Source: the human T2T-CHM13v2.0 reference genome, Homo sapiens. Taken from it: a DNA stretch of 64,000 nucleotides. The notes beneath the pieces are model-generated. The model was not told the DNA's origin and did no database searches. It saw only the letters and a list, made by a program, of their open reading frames with translations. Positions 1 to 10,458 of the stretch are shown here, in pieces. A program made the translations under genes and the position numbers. Location of the stretch: NCBI RefSeq assembly GCF_009914755.1, contig NC_060925.1. The stretch is one strand, 5' to 3'. Each line of letters begins with the position of its first letter. Position 1 is the first letter of the stretch.

Positions 1-563
<563 letters not shown>

Positions 564-980
564 ACTTGCTGCATAGACATGACCATATTCATTTGAAAGC
601 AAGTTAGTAAATATGTATCCTGAAAAGATAGTTTAGAAAAGAAACTTACAGGCCATGACCAGAGTGATTATAAAACATTCTCTTAACAGTTAGCAGGTGG
701 AATAAAAAGTGTATTCTTTAAAATGATTTCATTACTAGTAAATAGTTCTATAAGGAAAAGTAGGGGGAAAAAGGCAAAGAAATATGAAACTAAGTCAATG
801 AAAAGCAAATAGGCTATGATCACACATCTAAAGGCCATGAACATGGCAAAGAGTATTTTAAAGAATCTAAAAAGTGTACTTTGAATTTTAAAGTATTTTA
901 AGAGATTAATTTTATAAAAGGAAAAACAGTGTTATCACGCAGAAGGACCATATTTAGTATAATCAAAAGTTTAAGAAATT

Positions 981-1285
981 GGCCAGGAGTGGTGGCTCAC
1001 ACCAGTAATATCAGCATTTTGGGAGGCCAAGGCGGGCGGATCGGATCACCTGAGGTCAGGAGTTCAAGATCAGCCTCGCTGACATGGCAAAACACCACCT
1101 CTGCTAAAAGCACAAAAATTAGCCAGGTGTGGTGATGCACACGGGTAATCACAGCTTCTTGGGAGGCTGAGGCATGAGAATTGCTTGAATCTGGGAGGCA
1201 GAGGTTGCAGTGAGCCAATATCATGTCACTGCACTCCCGCCTGGGCAATAGAGCAAGATTCTGTCTCAATCAAAAAAAAAAAAAA
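981..1285 (+). mobile_element. Alu (AluS-like) with target-site duplication
   Basis: Full-length Alu; AGTTTAAGAAATT on both sides. Confidence 0.93.
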
Positions 1286-1814
1286 GAGTTTAAGAAATTA
1301 AGGAAAGCTGAGTGTAATGAAACCTTTTCAAGGGTAGTAGTGGTATAGCTCAAACCTGGTTTGAATTCCAGCTTTGTCACTTACTGGGTAAGTAAGTAGC
1401 AGCCTTAAGCCCAACTGGTGTTTGCTATTTGCACGTATTTTCATAAATAAAAGTGGTCTGTAATGTTTTCACAGTGTTGTCAAACTTCAAGATTATTAAA
1501 ACTATTAATATCCTGTTTAATGTTTAAGAATAAATAACTATTTGATATCTTTTAACTACTGTCCTATCACTGACTTTTAAGACTCTTACTGACAATTTTG
1601 TGATTTTTTCATGTAATCATCCTTTATATCTTACTTAGCAAGTTCTCTATTAGACATATGTCTGCTGAATGAAACTTAATTACAGATATTTTTGAACATT
1701 TATTAAATTTAAATTATATTTGTACTTGTAAGAAATATTTAAACAATGCTTTGTTTTTCTAAAATAAAAGAAAACCAATAGCACAAACCTTCATTTTCTA
1801 AGTGTGTCAAGTTG

Positions 1815-2140
1815 TTTTGTTTTTTTTATTTGCTTGTGTGTTTGTTTTTTGAGACTGAGTCTCCCTCTGTCGCCAGGCTGGAGTGCAGGGTGCGAGCTCG
1901 GCTCACTGCAACCTCCAACTTGCTGGTTCAAGTGATTCTCCTGCCTCAGCCTCCCAAGTAGCTGGAATTACAGGCATGTGCCCCTGCGCTCGGCTAATTT
2001 TTTTTTTTTTTTTTTTTGTATTTTTAGTATAGACCAAGTTTCACCACGTTGGCCAGGATGGTCTCCTCCTGACCTCGTGATCCACCCGCCTCGGCCTCCC
2101 AAAGTGCTGGGATTACAGGTGTGAGCCACTGTGCCTGGCC
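1815..2140 (-). mobile_element. Alu
   Basis: Reverse-complement Alu with T-rich tail. Confidence 0.93.
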
Positions 2141-2228
2141 TATTTTAACTGTTTTATGTCTTCTGGTTTCGTGTGACAATGAAATAAGTTAATATTTCCT
2201 GCCTGCACCAACCACATTTAGGCTCTAC

Positions 2229-2306
2229 CTTAATTGTTGATGAGGTCTTGGAGCCTCCCTTCTGCTCCCAGAGGCTTTTCTTGCTCATGTCTCCAGCCAC
2301 AATATC
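2229..2306 (-). pseudogene. LSP1P: LSP1-derived exon (about exon 9), 78 nt, phase 0
   Basis: cag|GATATT...ATTAAG|gtagag; translates DIVAGDMSKKSLWEQKGGSKTSSTIK, matching LSP1. Confidence 0.93.
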
Positions 2307-2676
2307 CTGGGGGCAGCAGAAGGGTATGTCACAAGGGCAGACCCCTGGATCTTGGGGAGTAGAAGCCCTGGGCCCTTCTCTCCTGCCTTGCCTTACCTGG
2401 CCAGGGGGCCTGGGATCTGCCTACCAAAACTTTTTCTGTGCGATCCCAGTGGAAGAAGCAGGGAAAGGAATAAAGGTGCCATCCACCTCCACTCGGACAA
2501 CACAGCCTTCTACACCAGCAAGGGTGAACCCAACCCTACTGCAATACCTCAGGGTTCTGTCTGCCCACATTCATCCTGGACAGTCCCACGCTTGTCTTAA
2601 CAAGGAAACCTGGCCTGCTACTAAACTCCCCAGTGCTGGCTCTGCAGCCCAGCCTTGCCCCTGGAGGGGACCTTAC

Positions 2677-2811
2677 CTTGCAGGACGGAGTCTTGGCCGC
2701 AGACTGAGCCTGTACCTCACCCGTCTCCCACCAACTCTTGGTACTGGATGCAGCCATGCTGGGCAGCTCTATGGAGGCCTGGCGGGCTAGCTTGGGGGTC
2801 TGGCCAGCAGT
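2677..2811 (-). pseudogene. LSP1P: LSP1-derived exon (about exon 8), 135 nt, phase 0
   Basis: cag|ACTGCT...TGCAAG|gtaagg; translates TAGQTPKLARQASIELPSMAASSTKSWWETGEVQAQSAAKTPSCK (LSP1: ...MAVASTKSRWETGEVQAQSAAKTPSCK). Confidence 0.93.
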
Positions 2812-3091
2812 CTGCAGAGGAGGAAAAGCATCAGGATTACCTTAGTGGACAGCCACCGTGGTCACATCAGAGGGTCACACTGGGCAACCCTCTGCTTTGT
2901 GTTTGTGTTTTCCCTGGGAGCGATTTCCCAATGCAGCCCTAGAGTGGGGATCACTGGAAAGATGTGCCTTCCTCCATTCAATGCAATTGTGAGACACCTC
3001 CCTTTCCTGAAGAGCATCAGGGAGATGATGGCGCACAAGACAGATGTGGGTCTGCCTCCATGCTGCTCATGGGGTAGGGCTGGGGGACCAT

Positions 3092-3290
3092 GGGATGGAT
3101 GGAGGGACATTGAATGGATGGAGGGACAGTGGTTAAATTGCAGAGTATTGGTTGGATGGAGGAGCATTGATTAGATGGAGGACTATTGGTTGTATAGAAA
3201 GGTGTTGATGAAGGAATATTGATTGGATGGAGGAGTACTGATTATATGAGGGAGTATTTGTTAGATGGAGGGGCACTGATTGAATGCAGT
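3092..3290 (+). repeat. Degenerate ~19-bp minisatellite (TTGGATGGAGGAGCATTGA), about 10 copies
   Basis: Periodic ttggatggagg/ttagatggagg units. Confidence 0.75.
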
Positions 3291-6200
3291 AGTAGCCACC
3301 TGGCTGGGGGCTGCTGGGCCTCGTTCCACGTGGGGAGGCAGAGCCTGGGGTGCAGGGGCCCTCATGCTCACTCACGCCCCCACTCACGACCCAGCCCCTC
3401 CAAATGGAGGGCGGCGCAGAGCTGGGGCAGAGTATTGAGGAGGTGGAGGGTTTCCATGGAGGAGAAGCCTGGCCATGTTGCTCCCCATGTTCCCATGTCC
3501 CAGCCCCTCCATGTGAGCAAGGTCTCAGCTGGGGTGTGTGTCCTTGGGCCTGGGGCATGAGATGGAGCCCAAGCTCCTCCTTGGACCTGGGCTTCCAATG
3601 GGTCCAGGGCCCTCACTCCAGCTCCACAGACCCCCTCCACCAAGCCATAGGGGAGGCGTGGCTTGGAAGCACACATTGGCACAGAGACCCCAGAAGCCCG
3701 TGTGCACACGTTTCCTTAGGTCCACCCCTAAGGGCAACGAGTCCGGGCCCCAACAGCCCCATAAAGGCCCTCACTCTGCTCACAGCTCATGCCCAACACA
3801 TGGAGTGCGGCCGGGCGCGGGACTCCCTAGGCCTGGGGCACATGCAGGTGCACACCCAACTCACACACATTCTCCATGAGCCCACGCTCCGGCCACACAG
3901 GCACACATGCCCGCACCCCATGCACATACAAATATGCACGTGCTCACACACGGGAACCCTTGACATCCACGTGCATGTGCAGACAAGCTTGGGAACAAGG
4001 GGACCACGTCCCCCTCCAGGGATCCCTTCAGGGTGCTGCAGCCTCACTTTAGTGAGGCAAACATTGACTGTTTGCCTTGCCATAGCCCTGACAACGGCGG
4101 TGCCGGCCCTGGCACGAGGCCCAGGTGTGTACTCTGGGAACATCATCCATGCAGAGCTGGGCCCCTGGAGGATCACTCTGACTGAGCTCTCCCTGGCTAG
4201 GGGCCTGGGGGACAGAGTGGGGATGCAGAGTAAGCATCTCCTGGTGTCTCCCCTAAAACCCAGTGCTGGGGAGAAGCCCCGCCAGCCCCTGGCCTCTGAC
4301 CCAGCAGAGCTGAGGACGTGGAGGCCTCTGGGCCCCTTCTCCGTCTCCTCCCTTTCCCCTACCCCAGGATATGAGTCATGCGGGCCCCCTCCCCATGACC
4401 TCACCGCATCACTATTCCACAGCCGGGCTCCGTTCTGGGAACTGAAAGGGGGGCAGCTCTCCTGGGGTGGGGTGGGGGCCTCTGGCCTGGGAAAGGCGCC
4501 CCTCGGTCAGCGGCCCAGGCCCCTTGGCATACACCACGGAGCTGTCAGGACTCTGGGATGGCCGACCCCGCCCGTGGCCCTGGCTCAGCCCCGTGCAGCT
4601 GCGAGGGATTTGGTGTTCCTGCGCAAATGCAGTTAGGCCATTTCCTATGTCTGTTCCGGCTCCGAAGTCCAAGGTTCAGCCCAAGCGGCCGGGCGGTGGG
4701 GGGGGGGCTCCATCCACCTCCCACCCCAGCACACCCCCCCACCCTCACAGTCCCAGGCTCCACTTCGGGGCCCGGCCCCCAGCCAGGGACACCAGTATGC
4801 ACAGAACCCTGAAGGATGCCTCGTTCTGAGTGGAGCTCCCCAAGCTCAGGTCTGTTCCTGTCGGCCTCGTCCACTGTCAACCACCCCCAACTCGGGACAC
4901 TGGCCCTTCTTCTCCTTCCTCCACAGACCTCCCCACCTCTACCTCCCAGTCCCCACTGAGGGCCTGACAATGCCCATCTTCGGCCCAGCACTCCCAGCTA
5001 CCCACTGCCGTCCTTCCCCTGCCTGGAAGTGCAGACACTTCCAGAATGGGTGTCCGGCTCGGTCCCCGTCCTGACTCTGCTCCCTACAGGCAGCTCCTGT
5101 GGCTGCCCCGCCCAGCTGTCCTGAGCCCAGAGGTCGGCTGGAGAGGGTCAGTCCTCTCTGGGGTCCTGGGGAGTCAGGAGGCTCTGGTGAAGAGCAAGGG
5201 CTGCAGGGAGGATGTCGAGGGGAGGAGGAGCTTCTCCTCCAGGCCTGACCACAGGTCTCCTGGACACCACAGGGAGCTGGCGGGAGGACTGGGGAGTTGG
5301 GCTGGGCCTTCCACCAGGGTGGTTCAGGACTCCCTGCACAGCACTGAGGTCTCTGGTCCCCTCATTAGCCCAGCCTCCCGTGGGATCATAGACTTGACCC
5401 CTCAAGTCACTGCAGAGCCCAAGAGTGGAGAAACACAGCACCGTGTGCCGGGAAAAGGTGCCCACAGGGGCCCTTCATGGCTGAGGCTTCCAGAGGGTAG
5501 TGGGACGGCAACCCCGCTCCCCACCAGCCGCCCACCACAGCGTTCATGATACAGCTTCGGAGTGTGGGTCGGGGTCTATCTGGGAAACCAGGGCAAAGGC
5601 GGTGGCAGCTGGCAGCACCCACACCCACAGCTGGGGCACTGCTCACATGAGCCCCCATCAGCAGGCCCCTTGGTTGTGCCACAGGCAGGGGTCCTGCCCC
5701 AGGGAGGGGGTAGTCCGGGGGGGCTCGAGGGTGTGGCACAGGCCAGCTGTCACTCCTCCCTGGAGAGGCAGCTGGGGACGCAGCTGGGAGGGGAGCCAGG
5801 AGCAGAGACAGCCCGGGGCCAGCAGGTGGGTGACAGGTGGGGCAGCGGGAGGGGCACGCGCTGTCCGCCTGGGGCTGGGGTGTAGAGACGGGAACCTGCC
5901 CCCCAATGCCTGGTGCTGGCCCAGCCTCCCCCCGGGGTCTCTAGCACCTTCCCAGTTGTGTCTGCACCCTCCTGGGCATGGCGGGGGAGGGTGGGGGTCA
6001 ACCCCTTTCCTTGTAGTCCCGTGCCAGTGGGCAAGGGAGACGCCCCAGTGAGCAGGAGCCTAGCCTCTCTGCCTGGGGAGGCCAGGTGATGAGCCACCCG
6101 GAGTGGGAGGGGGCCTTGAACTTGGGTCTGAAAGATGAGCAGGGGTTTGCTGGGCCGGGTACAGGCAAGAGCTAATGCAGGAAGGCAGAGAGCAGGAGCG

Positions 6201-7208
6201 CTTAGAGGGAGTGGCTCTGTGCAGCCGGAGTCAGATGGGTGACCCTCACTCAGGAGGAAGCACTGGGACCCTCTCTCCTCACGCTGGGTCCCCCGCCTCC
6301 CTCTAGGATCCCCACACCCAGGTCCTTCTGGGCCTCTGCCACACAGATCAGGTCTGGAAGGCTCCCTGGAGGAGGCGGTGCCTAGACTTGGACATAGGCC
6401 TGCAGAGCTGGTTTCCCTCACAACCCTGGGAAGACAGAACTCCTCAGCGGGTTGATGTGGAGGAGGGCGGAGCCTCCCTCCAAGGCACCAGTCCAGTGCT
6501 GGGGGCGACACAGAGAGCCAGAAGCTGGCGGGGGCGGGAGGCTCTGCCCCCCAAGGGCTTTACATGCCGAAGCCCCATGGCCGAGCTGGGACCCAGGGTC
6601 AGCCCAGGCAGGCCGCGAGAAAGGAGACTGTGGGCCCCACCCCATCACACAGGGAGGAGGTGCTGTGCCCGCTGGGGGGGCAGCTGCCCCTCTCTGGGCC
6701 CTTTGGGTGGGAAGAGGCTTGGTGAGGTAGAAAGCCCAGCCCCAGCCAGCAGCGTTGCCTTCTCACAGTGGCAGCCCTTTGTAACCCCGGGGGGTCCCTG
6801 CAGGGCCTCTCCCTGTTTTCTCACCATGGGGCAGCATTTGGGGGTCTCTTGAGGGACCCCCTAGATGCTTCTGCTCAGAGCCCCCAAAGCCAAGGAGCCT
6901 CCACTCCTCCGTCTGCAGCCTCCCCTGCCGGTTCTTGCTACCCAGGTTTCAGTGGCCTGGGGGCTGACGGAGGGGGTCGCCTCTGCCAAGGCCCCTCCCG
7001 GCGCCTCCCTGGCTCATCCAGCCCACCTTCCTCCCACGCTGGCTCACGCAAAGTGTTCTGGTCACCAGGAGCCCTTCCTGACCAGCCCCGGCCCCTTCTT
7101 GGCCTTCGCCCCACCTGGCCTCCCCTGGATCCCTGACCTGGGTGCCGGGCCTGCTGGGTCCAGAGCCCACCCCGCCCTGAACAACCCCGAGCCTCAGCCA
7201 CCCTCAAT

Positions 7209-7217
7209 TCTTACCCT
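7209..7217 (-). promoter_or_regulatory. Strong 5' splice donor AGG|GTAAGA (exon end at 7215)
   Basis: Near-consensus donor about 40 nt from the TAR1 junction. Confidence 0.6.
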
Positions 7218-7251
7218 TTCACAGCTGGGGAGTGGAGTCTGGGCCTGAGGT

Positions 7252-7944
7252 CTCCTGTGCGCCTCTGGGCGCCTGCGCCCGCGCTGTGCCTTTGCGAGGG
7301 CGGAGCTGCGTTGTGCTCAGCACAGACTCGGAGAGCATCGCGAGGGCGGAGCTGAGTTCTCCTGTGCACAGACTTCGGAGATACAGCGAAGGCGGAGCAG
7401 TGTTCTCCTTGGCACAGACCCGGGCGGGCCGGGGGCACCGGGAGGGCGGAGCTGCGTTCTGCTCAGCACAGACCCGGGGGACACCGCGAAGGCAGAGCAG
7501 CGTTCTCCTCAGCACGGACCTTGGGGGCACTGCCTCGCTTTGGGACAACTCGGGGCCGCATCGACGGTGAATAAAATCCTTCCTGTTTGCAGCCCTGAAT
7601 AATCAGGGTCAGAAACCAGATAGAAGGGTTCAGTGTGGAAAACGGGAAACCAAAAGCCCCTCTGAATCCTGCCCACCGAGGTTCTCCCCAGCCAAGGTGA
7701 GGCGGCCGCAGTGCGAGATCCACACCGCAGCCTCGGAAGACAAATGCAGCATTCCTAATGCAGACATGGCACTCAAAAGATGACACCCCCCTTGCTCATG
7801 TAACAAGCACCTGTAGTGCTAATGCACTGCCTCGACACAAAAACATTAATATAAGATCCACAATCCCCTCGCTGCCGTGCAGTCCTAAGACAGCGATCAT
7901 AATAATCAACATTGACATAGTCAATACAAACGTAGTAACGAACC
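7252..7944 (+). repeat. TAR1 telomere-associated repeat / subtelomeric CpG-rich promoter remnant
   Basis: Five ~46-bp units (GCGAGGGCGGAGCTGCGTTCT..CAGCACAGAC), one remnant of the GC-rich 29-bp repeat with GCGCCTGCGC at 7269-7278, then the typical distal TAR1 sequence. Confidence 0.9.
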
Positions 7945-8165
7945 TAGGCTTAAGGTTGGTGTTAGGGGTTAAGTTTAGGGTTAGGGGTTGGAGATAGGGG
8001 TTGGGGTCAGAGTTAGGGGTTAGGAGTCAACATTTAGAGTTAGGGGTTAAGAGAGGTTGGGGGTTAGGGATTAGGGGTTAGGGTTGGGTTAGGGGGAGGG
8101 GGAGAGTTGTGGTTAGGGGTTAGGGTTAGGGATTAGGGTTAAGGTTAGGGGTCAGGGTCAGGGGT
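7945..8165 (+). repeat. Degenerate interstitial telomeric array (TTAGGG/TTAGGGG/TCAGGG/TTGGGG)
   Basis: Read directly; G-rich strand is plus; single orientation. Confidence 0.95.
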
Positions 8166-8805
8166 CCCACTCTGTTGGCTGTCTATTTACTCTACTGACT
8201 GTTCCCTTTGCCATGCAAAAGCTATTTAGTTTAATTAAGTCCCAGCTATTTATCTTTGTTTTTATTGCATTTGCATTTGGGTTCTTGGTCATGAAATCCT
8301 TGCCTATGCCAATGTCTAGAAGGGTTTATCCAGTGTTATCTTCTAGAATTTTTATAGTTCAGGAATTAGGTTTAAGTTTTTAATCCATCTTGAGTAGATT
8401 TTTGTATAAGGTGAGAGATGAGAATCCAGTTTTATTCCCCTACATATGGCTCGCCAATTATCCCAACATCATATGTTGAAAAGGGTGTCCTTTCCCCACT
8501 TTATTTTTTGCTTACTTTGTCGAAGATCAGTCGGCTGTAAGTATTTGGGTTAATTTATGGGTTCTCTCTTCTGTTACATTAGTCTATGTGCGTATTTTTA
8601 AACCAGTACCATGCTGTTTTGGTAGCTATGGCCTTATTGTACAGTTTGAAATCAAGTACTGTGATGCCTCCAGGTTTGTTCTTTTTGCTTAGCCTTGGTT
8701 GGGCTACATGGCTCTCTTTTGGTTCCATATTAATTTTAGAATTGTTTTTGTAATTCTGTGAAGAATGATGGTGGTATTCAGATGGGGATTGCATTGAATT
8801 TGTAG

Positions 8806-9087
<282 letters not shown>

Positions 9088-10435
9088 TGATTTCTTTCAG
9101 CAGTGTTTTGTAATTTTCATCGTAGAGGTCTTTTGATTCCTTTGCTAGGTATATTCCTAAGTTTTTTGTTTGTTTGTTTGTTTGTTTGTTTTTGCAGCTA
9201 TTGTAAAAGGGGTTGAGTTCTTGATGTGATTCTCTGCTTGGTAGCTGTTGATGTATAGAAGAGCTACTGATTTGTGTACATTAATCTTGTATCTGGAAAC
9301 TTGGCTGAATTCTTTTATCAGTTCTAGAAGCTTTCTAGAGGAGTCCATAGGGTTTTCAAGGCGAAAGATCATATCGTCAGCAACCAGTGATAGTTTGACT
9401 TCCTTTTTACCGATTTGGATTTCCTCTATTTCCTTCTTTTGTCTGATTGTTCTGGCAAGCACTTCCAGTACTATGTTGAAGAGGACTGGTGAGAGTAGGC
9501 TCCTCATCTTGTTCTAGTTCTCAGAGAGAATGCTTTCACCTTTTCCCCATTCAGTATTATGTTGGCTGTGGGTTTGTCATAGACGGCTTTTATTACATTA
9601 AGGTATGTCCCTTGTATGCCTATTTTGCTGAGAGCTTTAATCATAAAGCAATGCTAGATTTTGTCGAATGCTTTTTCTGCATCTGTTGATATAATCATTT
9701 GAGTTTTTTTTTAATTCTGTTTATTTGGTATATCACATTTATTGACTTGCATATGTTAAACCATTCCTGTATCACTGGTATGAAACCCACTTGATCATGG
9801 TGGATTATCTTTTTGATATGTTGTTGGATTCAGTTAGATAGTATTTTGTTAAGGATTTTGGCATCTGTGATCATCAAGGATATTGGTCTGTAGTTTTCTT
9901 TTTTGGTTATGTCCTTTCATGGTTTTGGTATTAGGGTGATGCTGGCTTCATAGAATGAATCAGGGAGGCTTTCTTCTTTCTCTGTCTTGTGGAATAGTGT
10001 GAAAGGATTGGTATCATTTCTTCTTTGAATGAAAGAAGACATTCTTTGAATGTCTGGTAGAATTCTGCTGTGAATCTGTCTGGTCCTCGGTTTTTTTGGT
10101 TGGTAATTTTAAAATTACCATTTCGATCTTTCTGCTTGCTTTATTGGTCTGCTTGAGGTATCTACTTCTTCCTGATTAAGCTAGGAGGGTTGTATTTTTC
10201 CAGGAATTTATCCAACTCTCCTAGGTTTTCTAGTTTATGTGCCAAAAGGTGTTCATAGTACCCTTGAATAATCTTTAATATTTCAGTAGTGTCAGTTGTA
10301 ATATCCCCTGTTTCATTTCTTAGTGAGGTTATTTGGATTTTCTCTCTTCTTTTCTTGGTTAATCTTGCTAATGGTCTATCAGTTTTATTTATCTTTTCAA
10401 ATAACCAACTTTTTGTTTTATTTATGTTTTGTATT

Positions 10436-10458
10436 TGTTGTTGTTGTTGTTGTTGTTG
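10436..10458 (+). repeat. (TTG)n microsatellite in L1
   Basis: Read directly. Confidence 0.9.

Larger units (their letters stand above)
2229..7250 (-). pseudogene. LSP1P: Partial unprocessed LSP1 (lymphocyte-specific protein 1) pseudogene segment
   Basis: Two exons match the LSP1 C-terminal region and are separated by a 370-nt GT-AG intron. The GC-rich DNA up to ~7250 is assigned to LSP1 by inference only. Confidence 0.85.

Noticed and set aside
3350-4636. 428-aa plus-strand ORF and many overlapping ORFs in 2248-7570
   Set aside because: No recognisable domain, low-complexity P/G/H content, antisense to the LSP1 exons; expected in GC-rich DNA
7294-7535. CRISPR-like array
   Set aside because: Degenerate tandem TAR1 units without unique spacers, in human DNA
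7945-8165. Chromosome 2 head-to-head fusion site
   Set aside because: Only one repeat orientation; no inverted CCCTAA array or second TAR1
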